64,000 bases of DNA from a virus (taxonomy: Duplodnaviria; Caudoviricetes). Positions 35,527 to 45,900 of this stretch are shown piece after piece. The stretch spans positions 1 through 64,000 of the IMG/VR virus record IMGVR_UViG_2904399447_000014. One strand, 5' to 3'. Under the pieces are notes generated by a model. The model was not told the DNA's origin and made no database searches. It worked only from the letters and a program-made list of their open reading frames with translations. The translations under genes and the position numbers were made by a program. Within the stretch, counting starts at the first letter, position 1. Each line of letters starts with the position of its first letter.

Positions 35527-38461
35527 TGTGTTCCCCTTTAATCAAACCGATCACAAAATCCAGAATCGCATCGCCATTAAGTATCGAATTACCGGCATAA
35601 CGCGGCTCATAGAAGCATTGAAAGGCCATAGAGAATATTTCGGTGGAACGTGTATCTTCGATGGTTTTGGAGCCATACAGGCGCCCCATGTAAGGGTCAC
35701 TCAGGTTTAAATTGGCAGCGATTTCGCTCCTGCCAAGATCCAGAAGGCCGGCTTCTCCACCAGAAGCCATAAATGCTTTTGCCTTTGCCAGTCGATCGGG
35801 ATGGCTGTACTCGAAGTGATGCCCCACTTCATGCCACAACACCCCAAGGTCAGAACTGGCGCCAAGGATTAGAGATCCATCGTTCACGCAGGCGGCCGCC
35901 CTGGTACGCTCGAGATACTTAATTTCCTTTAGGGTTGATATCCCGCCTCTACATAAACGGTAAATGTCGTTGAGCGCATTCAAAAATGCACCTTCCCCAT
36001 GCTTTTCATCTATCGTCTCAATGGCCTTTTTGTGGATCTTTATTCCCTTAATCCACTCATTAGCATCCGCTTCAGTAACGTCCGATTCGCTGATAATTTC
36101 CTGCGCCAACGCGCGCGCGCGGTCGCATAGATTCACTATCGCTTGTTGGTGATTTTCTGCGGCATCAGCCATTTCATTGATAATCTCACTTACTAACACA
36201 CTACTTTTGCCGTATTTTTCAGCAGTATCGCGAATTTCTTCGGGGTCATATCGCTCAAGCCAGTTCGATACAGATTTGCGGCGACCATATGTTTGCCCAA
36301 AGTTTAGTGTTGGCCCGGACAAATCCACAGCATGAAACGCAGGGAAAGCCGCACGCAATGAATACGGCAACTTCTCAACAACCGCCTTATCACTATCCTG
36401 AAGTGAATCGATTTTCGCCTTAACCCTTGATAAATACCCCGTGTAACGCTTCTTGGTGTCTTCGGCTTCAGCAGTCACATCCCCATACTTCATCAGTTCC
36501 CTACCACGATCAACGTCATACATGACGGCCACACTGGCTCCGGTAGCGCTTAATGTGCTCTGCCCTTTATCGCTCGATGCAGCGATGATCGCCTTATATA
36601 CCGCCGCTGGTCGGTATTCTGGCAACATAATCCCCATAGCGGACATATAGCCCTGTGTCAGAATCCGAGATCGCCCAATAACTTTGCTGATCACAGGGTA
36701 AGCAGCGCGCGCAGCTGCTATCACTTCTGTTCGCTCGGCTTCATCAGCCATCACAAGCTTGATTGCATAATGGAGCTGGAAAATTTGACCGGAGTTAAAG
36801 AGAGCAGACCAATCTGGTTGCTTGAACATGTGGGCATTACGAATTAATGGATGAAGGGTATAGAGGCTTGCCCGGCCATACCGATCAGTAAACGTTTCAA
36901 TTTTCTTCCCAAGGATACTTGCAGTTAATACCTGGTATCGCTTCAAAGCAGCTGCATCATTGAGGTTGGTCATCGTCAGTGTTTTTATCGCCGCGTTCAC
37001 AGCTGCGGCTAGCGTTGATAAAGAGCCACTACCATCAAACGTCAATGCCTCAATAATGCGCTTCATACCCTGAACACTGCTTGCATTACGCAACACCGGG
37101 AGCACGGCGTCACCGCGCTTTTTTGTCGATTCAAAAAGTGCCCCCGCCAACCCCTTGCCACTTTCGAGCTGCATCTGGTTAGATACCATCTGCAAAACCT
37201 CCTGGAGCGACACGCTGCCGCCGCCGAACATATCCCCCATAGCCTGCTGCTGGTGGATCAACTCATCGTTGATACGTTCCGCCATCAGCTTAAAGGCTTG
37301 GCCCATACGTTTAGCTGACCGGTTGTTGTCCACAATGAAAAGGGCCAGAGCTTTAGCTTCATCCGTCGCCTCCTCAAACATACCCACTTGCGCTATAACA
37401 TCCTGGATATGTTGCCCGGACTCCTTAGATCGCCGCACTAGGTCTATTGCATCTTTCAACGCGCCCAGGGCCGTCTTATCAAGGGACGTTACCTCACTGG
37501 CCCCTTCCAACAGAGAGCCGACCGTTTCTTTGTGCACATCACCAGAGAGCATAACCATTTGCGCAAAATCACTGGCGGCAGAATTGAGAGCGGTCAACAC
37601 ATTGCGCATTTCTGGATCAGGCTCTTCGGACACCATTTTCACCAATCGGCTATCTTTATAGGCCTTGGCGAAAATGCTGTTTTGCATCCTATCGATCAGC
37701 TGTCTTGTTGGCCGGCCATCTTCGGTTAACAAGCCGGCCGCCGCCGTCGCACCGATCTCTTCCATAAACGCCTTCACAAAGGGCGCGTTAGATCGAGATA
37801 GCAAATCACCGCTATCCGATGGGGCAAAGAGCTGCATCATCGCAGGTGTAATGCTCTCAGCGTCTACAAAGGCCTTTTCGCTGGCAGACATTTCCTGTAG
37901 GTCAGATAGGTTCGAGTCTTTTGCAAACTTCACCCGGTCGACGTCGGTTAAACGCCGACGGACTAAGATTGGCCTTTCCATCTTTTCGATATCCCTGGGT
38001 CGGACACCGTAGTCACGTGCATGTTTTATAAGAAACGAGCGGTAATCGTCTGCACGCCCCTCGGCATATGCCCTAATAATCCCCATGCTGCGGCCGTTCC
38101 CCGACTCCACAGCATTATCTTCACCGATGATCGGCGCGCCGTGACTTGATAACCCGGAATCGGTAAGTTGAGCCGGCCTTAATGACCGAGAAATATTATT
38201 AACTTGGAGTTTACTGGAGAAACGGGTGCGATCTCGCGGCTGGAGTTCTTGTGGGTAAGCCTCGTTTATGCGGCCATCAAGATGATTGGACACCAGAAGC
38301 ATTGAAGCATCGACTACCTCAAACTGAGTTTTAACCTCTTCACCTTTTGCGGTAACAACATAAGATTTCCGACCATTCCCCAGAGCCTTACGTATTACCT
38401 CCACCAGCGCTTTAATGCTGGCGGTGTTTTGGATTTTTTCTATAACTTTTTGCATTGTCAT
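35519..38461 (-). CDS. ddrB: DdrB (Dar-system modulator)
   Basis: YPQELQPRDRTR, DSGLSSHGAPIIGEDNAVESGNGR nearly identical to P1 DdrB; C-terminal WHEVGHH zincin-like motif. Confidence 0.93.
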   Translation of the reverse strand: MTMQKVIEKIQNTASIKALVEVIRKALGNGRKSYVVTAKGEEVKTQFEVVDASMLLVSNHLDGRINEAYPQELQPRDRTRFSSKLQVNNISRSLRPAQLTDSGLSSHGAPIIGEDNAVESGNGRSMGIIRAYAEGRADDYRSFLIKHARDYGVRPRDIEKMERPILVRRRLTDVDRVKFAKDSNLSDLQEMSASEKAFVDAESITPAMMQLFAPSDSGDLLSRSNAPFVKAFMEEIGATAAAGLLTEDGRPTRQLIDRMQNSIFAKAYKDSRLVKMVSEEPDPEMRNVLTALNSAASDFAQMVMLSGDVHKETVGSLLEGASEVTSLDKTALGALKDAIDLVRRSKESGQHIQDVIAQVGMFEEATDEAKALALFIVDNNRSAKRMGQAFKLMAERINDELIHQQQAMGDMFGGGSVSLQEVLQMVSNQMQLESGKGLAGALFESTKKRGDAVLPVLRNASSVQGMKRIIEALTFDGSGSLSTLAAAVNAAIKTLTMTNLNDAAALKRYQVLTASILGKKIETFTDRYGRASLYTLHPLIRNAHMFKQPDWSALFNSGQIFQLHYAIKLVMADEAERTEVIAAARAAYPVISKVIGRSRILTQGYMSAMGIMLPEYRPAAVYKAIIAASSDKGQSTLSATGASVAVMYDVDRGRELMKYGDVTAEAEDTKKRYTGYLSRVKAKIDSLQDSDKAVVEKLPYSLRAAFPAFHAVDLSGPTLNFGQTYGRRKSVSNWLERYDPEEIRDTAEKYGKSSVLVSEIINEMADAAENHQQAIVNLCDRARALAQEIISESDVTEADANEWIKGIKIHKKAIETIDEKHGEGAFLNALNDIYRLCRGGISTLKEIKYLERTRAAACVNDGSLILGASSDLGVLWHEVGHHFEYSHPDRLAKAKAFMASGGEAGLLDLGRSEIAANLNLSDPYMGRLYGSKTIEDTRSTEIFSMAFQCFYEPRYAGNSILNGDAILDFVIGLIKGEHNA

Positions 38462-38505
38462 TTCCGAAAAAAAAGACCCGCTATCACACGGGCCAAGCGC
38501 TAGAA

Positions 38506-38877
38506 TTAAGCCGCTTCAGGGTGATTCAGTCGTACCCAATTTGAGGCGCCGATTTGCACATCCTCAAAGCTCAAGTGCTCACCCACATAAATGGTCAGAT
38601 CGTCCAGCACGCTAATGAACTCATCCTTGTCTGACTGATTAAATTTCCCGCTCAAGAAATCGACAACAACTTGGGGTTGGACGTCATGGTCATTAGCTGT
38701 AGCGGTTGGTGCTGGTTCCGGTTGCGGTTGCGCGCCACCATACCCGAGCTTGACCATCACCTCATCGATACGGTCGTCATAATCAAGCTTTTCCAGCCCC
38801 TTGGCGGCGGCTGACTTTCGCATCAGTTCATCCAACTGATCCGCCAGGTCAAGACGCTCTATTGCTGATAAAATCAT
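38506..38877 (-). CDS. ddrA: DdrA
   Basis: MILSAIERLDLADQLDELMRK and C-terminal EAA match P1 DdrA. Confidence 0.85.
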   Translation of the reverse strand: MILSAIERLDLADQLDELMRKSAAAKGLEKLDYDDRIDEVMVKLGYGGAQPQPEPAPTATANDHDVQPQVVVDFLSGKFNQSDKDEFISVLDDLTIYVGEHLSFEDVQIGASNWVRLNHPEAA

Positions 38878-40991
38878 GCGGCAGCCCCCTCACGCTGGAT
38901 GGCGACTAACAAATCTGACAAATGCTGTGCTACGTCGTTTACCAAGCTTTCATGCTCGTCATAAATACCGGCATTTGCCAGAGCACCAACGGCCTGACGA
39001 GTGTTTCCTCGAGCCTCTCGGATCTCATCCATATCACTCGTTTGCAGTGATAGAGTCGCCTTCAAAAACTCAACGGCTTTGTTCGCGTTTGTATCAACTT
39101 CATTTTCAGACGGGGTTAAAACTGGTGGGGGTTCTCCTGCCGGCGAAGGCGGAATGTCCAGTTCCGGTGAGGGAATTGGAGCGCCAGGAGTTTTAGTCTC
39201 CGGTGGTGCAAGTGGTGAAGCTGGTGGTACTTCATTGAAAATGGTTTCTAACACTCCCTCAGCACTCTTACGTTGGGCAAGGCCGGCAGTACGCAAGTTC
39301 TTCACAATCGTTCCCAATGAAAGGCCGTCTGGAAGCTCAGTAGCATTGGCCCCGCTTCGCGTCAGATAGTTGCGTAAAAAGTCCTGACTGGTTGCATGAG
39401 GCTCTCTACCTTTCAACTGACCGATTAGCGGCTTCAGCAGTTCTATATTCGAAAAAGCCTCCTTCTCATCCTGGCTGTATTGCAAATCAACCAGTTCATA
39501 ATCAGCCACCTTGTCCGCACTTAGTGGGCTGTTATAGACGGCAACACCATAACGAATGTCATTAGCACCAATGGAGCGCTCAGTTTTAATTCCTGAAGCA
39601 CTAAAGCCCTCGGGATCATATGTATTCACTGCCCCACCCGGCCGCCAATTTGGTCGAGCTTTCAACCCATAATAATAAAGCGCGCCGGCTTGAGAGGTGT
39701 CGGTATCCATATCATCAGCTGCTGCCGCAGTCGTGGTTGCTGGCTGCTCGGTTTCCTCAGCCACCGTAATAGCTTCAAATCCGGCTTTGGTAAGAACTTG
39801 TCCATCCTTCACAAATACGTAAATACCTTGCAGGCCAGAGATACGGAAATAGGTATATTGATATCCCGCCGTTTTGGCAGCTTTGTATTTGTTTTTATAG
39901 GCAACGGCTTCGGGGGAAGGGCCAACACCGTTTACAGTGATCGAACCAGAAAATGAGATATTGTCGCCGTTACTTTGTGAATACCAGATTGGGTTTTCGC
40001 CGGATACCGCTGCTTTTTTTAAAGTAGGGTTCATCGCACCGGTTTGAATACTTGCCAGTGGCACGGTATAGCTGCCAGAAGTGGCAGCAGTTCCCCCCGT
40101 GGAAACGCCCAGTTCAGGCATTGGGCTTTGCTTCTGAGTTTTTTTTGCCTTCAGTGACTCGATTGCAGAACTTAAGCGCTCATTTTCTGAGGTCTGCCGG
40201 CTAATACTGGCACTGTACTCTTCAATTTGAGCATCGATATCCGCCATTTGCGGCGCCATCTCATCAGCTTTGGCCATTTCATCAATTGCAAGGCTTTCAA
40301 GCTTTTCAGCTTCAAATTCCGCAGCTTCAGCATCCAGTTTCAGCTTGTTGTGCTTGTCGCGGCTTTTTGAAAATTTCGAGCTGTTTTTTTCAATCAGATT
40401 TGAGAGCGTCTGTGCAGTTTGGTTTAGAGACATATCGCGCCCACCGATCGGCGCCACAACATGAGTAACATCCCGTTTATTCAGAAGAAACTTAAAGGCG
40501 ACAAGAACGTCTTGAGCTTTCAGCTTAACGTCGGCGGTTGGGCTGTGGAACAAGAGGGAAACGCTCTGACCGTCAGTGAGCGGTATCTTTGCGGCCATAA
40601 CTGGGATGCCGGCGACCTTTCGAACATTCCCTATTTCGGCGCCACCAGCTGTACTGACGCCAGTATCATCGGTTCCTGCCTCATCTGTGCCGGCTTTTAT
40701 CCCCGTCCCATTTAAGCCTGAATTGAGCACACGAACAAAGGCGCGCATGGTTTGTGACAAACGGTTCTTCGTGGTGCTAATGGCTTCAAACATCGCCGTT
40801 CTGTGCGGATCAGCCAGGTGATCACCAATAAACGCAGACTCAACCTCTTCGACAGTAACGCTTTCAAGCATTAAATCTTCACCACCGCCCTCATTCAGAG
40901 AAGCAAATTCCGCATCGGTTACTTGCCGTACATCATAGTCACCGCGATCGACGATCAGTACGCCATTCATTGGATGATATGGATTACTCAT
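38874..40991 (-). CDS. darA: DarA antirestriction / head protein
   Basis: IPLTDGQSVSLLFHSPTA, FLLNKRDVTHVVAPIGGRDM match P1 DarA; coiled coil then variable modules. Confidence 0.92.
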   Translation of the reverse strand: MSNPYHPMNGVLIVDRGDYDVRQVTDAEFASLNEGGGEDLMLESVTVEEVESAFIGDHLADPHRTAMFEAISTTKNRLSQTMRAFVRVLNSGLNGTGIKAGTDEAGTDDTGVSTAGGAEIGNVRKVAGIPVMAAKIPLTDGQSVSLLFHSPTADVKLKAQDVLVAFKFLLNKRDVTHVVAPIGGRDMSLNQTAQTLSNLIEKNSSKFSKSRDKHNKLKLDAEAAEFEAEKLESLAIDEMAKADEMAPQMADIDAQIEEYSASISRQTSENERLSSAIESLKAKKTQKQSPMPELGVSTGGTAATSGSYTVPLASIQTGAMNPTLKKAAVSGENPIWYSQSNGDNISFSGSITVNGVGPSPEAVAYKNKYKAAKTAGYQYTYFRISGLQGIYVFVKDGQVLTKAGFEAITVAEETEQPATTTAAAADDMDTDTSQAGALYYYGLKARPNWRPGGAVNTYDPEGFSASGIKTERSIGANDIRYGVAVYNSPLSADKVADYELVDLQYSQDEKEAFSNIELLKPLIGQLKGREPHATSQDFLRNYLTRSGANATELPDGLSLGTIVKNLRTAGLAQRKSAEGVLETIFNEVPPASPLAPPETKTPGAPIPSPELDIPPSPAGEPPPVLTPSENEVDTNANKAVEFLKATLSLQTSDMDEIREARGNTRQAVGALANAGIYDEHESLVNDVAQHLSDLLVAIQREGAAA

Positions 40992-41623
40992 GCCGCTACC
41001 TCACGTTTTAGAGTCTCAAATTCAGTTTTCAGTTTGCGGCCTTGAGCTTGCTCAGCGCGAAGTTGGTTCTTCAAGGCCTCGGCCCTGGCACGCTTAACCT
41101 GTAAATCATTACCTCGCTTAAGCGTAACTGCCTGCGCAGAAGCAATCTTTTGCTTGGCGGCATCGATACGACCATTTTGTTCAGCGAGTCGCTGCGCATT
41201 AGATTTAAGGCCGCTTTTTTGGCGAGGGGTTTCCACTCGACCTGCTTTAGCCAGCTTTCGGGCAAGTGATTTGGCAAAAGCTTGGGCATTAGAGGAAATG
41301 GCGCCGGCGATGATTTTCGCGAGTGCATCGAGGTCTTTGGCGCCGGTAAATGGAACAGTCTTTTTATTCAGTGAAATGGAGGAGATATCACCCGAATCAT
41401 TAACCTGAACGGACACCTCTTGCTCGTCCAAAGCTTTCAGGGCAAAGGTGCGTATACGCACTCCGTCTTTTTTTCGAGCAGTGCCGGCAGGGACAACCTT
41501 AACGATCTCTGCACCGGCTTTAGTCACGGCCTTTTTTAGTGGTTCCAGGCCTTTCTCATTGAGATTATTGAAGTCTAGGACATGGTATGTCTGCCCGTTC
41601 TTCGAAAACAGATTAGCGGGCAT
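40988..41623 (-). CDS. hdf: Hdf (DarA N-terminal homologue)
   Basis: LDFNNLNEKGL, QVNDSGDISSISLN, KSNAQRL match P1 Hdf. Confidence 0.9.
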   Translation of the reverse strand: MPANLFSKNGQTYHVLDFNNLNEKGLEPLKKAVTKAGAEIVKVVPAGTARKKDGVRIRTFALKALDEQEVSVQVNDSGDISSISLNKKTVPFTGAKDLDALAKIIAGAISSNAQAFAKSLARKLAKAGRVETPRQKSGLKSNAQRLAEQNGRIDAAKQKIASAQAVTLKRGNDLQVKRARAEALKNQLRAEQAQGRKLKTEFETLKREVAA

Positions 41624-42053
41624 ATGGCGCCACCTTATCAGCAGGAATATCGAACACTTTCGTAACCACTGACTGGACTGGGAAAAGACGGTAGAGTGGA
41701 TTAATCCGGCTGTCGCCGTGGGTCATTCGCACAACCAGCTCCCAATTGCCTGATTTCAGATAACGACGATTAAAGAACAGGAATTCTCGGGTTAAACCCT
41801 TATCAGAAATGAACAATGACCGGGCTTTGCCGGTAATCACCGTAGTAGGGTCTTTTTTATCTCGAAGGCAGTATTCAACTCGTGCCCCCTTCACATTGCG
41901 GCAAGTAGTAAGGAAACTCACCGGAAAACGGATCACCTCATCAATGTATTCTTCTGATCCGGTATCTTGCACAATTGCCTTTCTACGCTTAAACAGAAAG
42001 CGGTCTGCCAGCGCGGCCGCAACAACCAGCGCCAGGCACGTTTCACTGATCAT
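41613..42053 (-). CDS. lydB: LydB antiholin
   Basis: ALADRFLFKR and THGDSRINPLYRLFPV match P1 LydB. Confidence 0.88.
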   Translation of the reverse strand: MISETCLALVVAAALADRFLFKRRKAIVQDTGSEEYIDEVIRFPVSFLTTCRNVKGARVEYCLRDKKDPTTVITGKARSLFISDKGLTREFLFFNRRYLKSGNWELVVRMTHGDSRINPLYRLFPVQSVVTKVFDIPADKVAPYAR

Positions 42054-42362
42054 CTAAATCCCCTTTTTAATAAAAATGCTTTGTAGTGCGGCTAAAAACT
42101 TCTCTTTAGCCACGGTTACGGTTTCTCGTCCGTTATTGCTCGCTACCAGAACTGCCAGGAGCAAGAGAGGTTCTTCCCAGCGAAGGTGCTCAGCTGAGTA
42201 GTAAGCGGTGGCCCCCGATACAAAGCTGATTACCAGCTCAGTAAAAAGATTGAACCAATCCCGCTTAATCCTTTCTTCTCGCACCCCTTGGAGGAAAACA
42301 GCCAACCCTCCGAGCACTGATAACAGCACAGCAATAACGAGCGTTTGTGTGCTTGTTGGCAC
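42054..42362 (-). CDS. lydA: LydA holin
   Basis: LLSVLGG..TEL..ASNNGRE; three hydrophobic segments like P1 LydA. Confidence 0.88.
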   Translation of the reverse strand: MPTSTQTLVIAVLLSVLGGLAVFLQGVREERIKRDWFNLFTELVISFVSGATAYYSAEHLRWEEPLLLLAVLVASNNGRETVTVAKEKFLAALQSIFIKKGI

Positions 42363-42393
42363 GTATTCCTCCGGCTCTGTTGATGCGAAAACG

Positions 42394-42412
42394 AGACTAG
42401 CAAAAGTGACTT
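42394..42412 (-). promoter_or_regulatory. Late promoter for the lydA-dar operon
   Basis: AAGTCACTT-TTGC-TAGTCT. Confidence 0.75.
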
Positions 42413-42480
42413 TTCAAACTGCCACGTTGTTTTTTAGGCAAAAAAAAAGCGCCCGGAGGCGCTTTAACTGGCAAGGGGAA

Positions 42481-42903
42481 TTACTTAGGATCTTCAGGCC
42501 AGGTGATATCAGTTTCTTGAGAAGTATCAATGCGATTAAGCATGACACGGTATGTTTTCCATGCGACTAACTTCTCCTTTTCCTTCTCAGTCGCCATCCC
42601 TAATTCAACCGCATCTTGCAAAGGAGCAATTGCATTGCTAGCGCGAGTGATCAGCAAGTATTTTTTGCGAACAGCTTCGACCTCTCGTTCCTTTTGACTC
42701 AACGGCGGGGCGTCAATCCAGCACGGCAGGCCATCGGTATCCGCCCCCCGGATTTTTCCTACAGGGGGTTGCTCGCGATACTTTTCCCAATACTCTTCAG
42801 GAACTGGTTTAACATCATCAGGCCAGTTTTTATTGGTTTCGTAGGCTTCTTGATCTTCCAACACATAGAAAATATTGGTTTTCGCACTGTATCCGTAATT
42901 CAT
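42481..42903 (-). CDS. U: Tail fibre assembly chaperone (gpU/Tfa family)
   Basis: YGYSAKTNIFY..WPDD..GLPCWID..IAPLQDAVELG..WKTYRVMLNRID..ITWPE. Confidence 0.92.
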   Translation of the reverse strand: MNYGYSAKTNIFYVLEDQEAYETNKNWPDDVKPVPEEYWEKYREQPPVGKIRGADTDGLPCWIDAPPLSQKEREVEAVRKKYLLITRASNAIAPLQDAVELGMATEKEKEKLVAWKTYRVMLNRIDTSQETDITWPEDPK

Positions 42904-42905
42904 AA

Positions 42906-45900
42906 TTAAACCCCAACCGCCCACCAAAATGCGATGCGTTCATTTCCATTCATACCAGAGTCAAATCCTCCCGGCCCCACGTTTAGCGCTTCCATGTTTG
43001 CGGATGAGTCCCCCCAATGACCCGCCAATGTTAATTGAACCCCGAAACAGTCCTGTGTAAACCCGCGAGGAAAATTAACGCGGTTTAGATAGTTATCGCC
43101 GCGATTGATAACACCACCCTGATGGATATACCCGGTTAGCTCGTCCTTGTACCACCAGGCATTTCTATTCCCGGAAATATGGCTGCGGCTATTAAATGAT
43201 CCCCAATCGACACGGCCATTGAGATTATTGTTCAGCCAGTTACTTAGGTAGCCACCCCACAGATTGCTCTCAATGTTTCCGTCTGGATGCCAAGTGGTTC
43301 CGAAACTATTTTTGACACAAGGAAAGTTACCAGACAAATACAATGAACCATCATTGCGAAACTCAGGCCAGCCATCCGAATTACCGCCGCGCACCCGCCA
43401 CCGCAAAGCCGTATATTGCCCTACAGTCTCAAGGAAATAAGATTGTGCATATTGGTCACCAGCCCCTTGAAGAATGTAGCCGTTTGTTTGATTAAATTTT
43501 ACATCACCGCTTTGATAACTATTTATTCCCGATTTTCTAACAAAATCTGGATTATTTAAATTCAATTGGGTGCCTAACGATATGGAACCCGTTTCATTAT
43601 TGACAGTTAGCGGCCTTAGGTCGTTAAATCCGCCAAATTGGTCATTAGCCTTTGTGAGCAATAAATATAGGTTATCGCCGTCATTACGCCAGAATGTTCC
43701 AAACTTGCCGCCAACCATACGGAAACTGTCCATGCTGGTAGACTGAATTTCAGCGCTAGTTTTTAACAGGCCAGTAAGTTGCCCGCCACTCTTCATCAAA
43801 TAGCGCCCATCAGCCTCGGTCTTACTCCATGCATTAACATCACCAGCCAAGAGATTGACATCGCCGCTTAAAGGTTTACCGTTAACTTTGATAGAGCGAA
43901 GAGCATATTTTTGAGCGGCTTGTGCGTCCGTTAATGCTCCTGTTTCTTGCGCAGTAGGCGGCTTGGCTGTGGTATAAATACGTGGATTTGAAGCCTGGTT
44001 AGCTTCTGCCCCCCAATGCAACTCATTATCCAGCGCTAAACCAAGGCGCATTAATGATTTATCAGCAACCTGAAAACCAATGGATAGGTTGGACTGTGAT
44101 GTAGGACGGCTTATCACAATAGGTGTGTGTGCTGCTCCTTCCACACGGAGGGCTTCACTTTCCGATGCCGTACCTCCAGGCTTTATCGCCAACGTCTTTA
44201 CAGTGCCCCCCGCCAGCAACAAGAATCTAGCGTCAGACTCCTCTTTACTCCATGCTCCAACATCTTCAGCCGCAGGCTTATTACCAGTGTGATAGTACGT
44301 GTTTGCTATAAAGCGAATACTTGCAACAGGCACCTTTTCCTGTATGGCAAAGGAATATGCCCAATTTGATAGATTTACTGATGCGGTAACGGTTGTGACA
44401 ATGTTTTTAGTAAAAGCACCTACCAGTGCGTATATTTCATATTTATTTGCAGATACTTCAACCGCTCTAACTTCGGTTATTGCTGGATTCCCGTAATGGT
44501 GACTCGTCACAAGGGCACGATAAGGGTCATTAACTTTTGCCACCGAGTTATTATTTGTTCTAACCATAATTCGCTGGGTTGCGTTATTTCGCTCTGAAGC
44601 GTTATAACCAGAGCCACCGATGACATCTATGGTTAAAGTTCCACCATATTGAACCAGGTTAGATATCGTCCCAATAAGAACCCATGCAGGGCTAGTCCCA
44701 GTATCAATTCTTAATTTCGCGATGGCCCCATAGTTGTCTGTTATCTCGGAAGTGTCCAGAGTGCCGATATCTGCTGGCTTAGGTTTGTCCAGTTCGGTAT
44801 AGATCTTTGTCCACCCTTTCTCATACCCAAACCCATCACGCGATGAACGATATGCTATACCGCCATTACCATAGTTAAAGCGGAAATCAGCAGCTCGAGT
44901 GCTTCCGGTACCACCTAAATGGAAGTGGAGAACTGACGTCATACCCGTCGCTTGCGTGCTATAGAAACCCGATGGCGCATTCCAAGCAACATCAGTCGCT
45001 GTCCCGGTCATACCTCGCGCAAAGTATCGCGAGTCAGATTCAGCCTTGTTATAGGCATCCACATCCCCGGCTAACAGGTTTACATCTGATGTCAAAGGTT
45101 TTCCGTTAACCTTAATAGACCTCAAAGCGTATTTTTGCGCCGCTTGGGCATCAGTGAGGGCGCCAACATCTGCGGCTGTAGGCTTGCCGGCAGTTGAGTA
45201 GTATTGCGACCAGCCACTAAACGAGCCATTTACATCTGTTGCGGCAAATAGTTTATTCCCATTGCCATGACCTATAAACAAGTAGTGCAAAAAGTTTTGG
45301 TTACCTGAAGTGGCAGTTAAATCAATCAGGTTAGTTGTAACATATAGAGAACCCCAGGCCAGTGGAGTCCATTTACTATTCTCCACACTCCAAATACCTG
45401 GGGATGTTGGTTTTGCATCGCCAGTCAATACTCTCGACACACCTTTTTTTGCTGCAAAGTTACATCTGGCATCCGCTGCTAATACATCATCAGCGCTAGG
45501 CTTATTTCCTGAATGATAGAGATTAACAAACGGTGAATACTTACCCGCATCAGCAGAACGCAACCAAAAATTATTAGTCCCTTTTTCTGATAACAGTTGT
45601 AAGCCTCTATGCTCTGTAGCACTAAAATTAACCAGTGTAGAATATGCTTGGGTCGGGTAACCCTTGATATTTGGATCATCATATTCAAACGTCGAAACGC
45701 TAAGGCCATGCATCCAAAGAGCTGGGGAATCTGATAAGGGCCGCAATGGTTGTGTAGGCAATACTGTTGCCCCATCGATAACCAACCTATCCTTAATTGT
45801 ATCGCCGGCACGTTTTACATAGCGGCCATCTGACTCGGTTTTATTCCATGCATTAACGTCACTTGCTAATAAATTCACATCCGATGAAAGCGGCTTGCCG

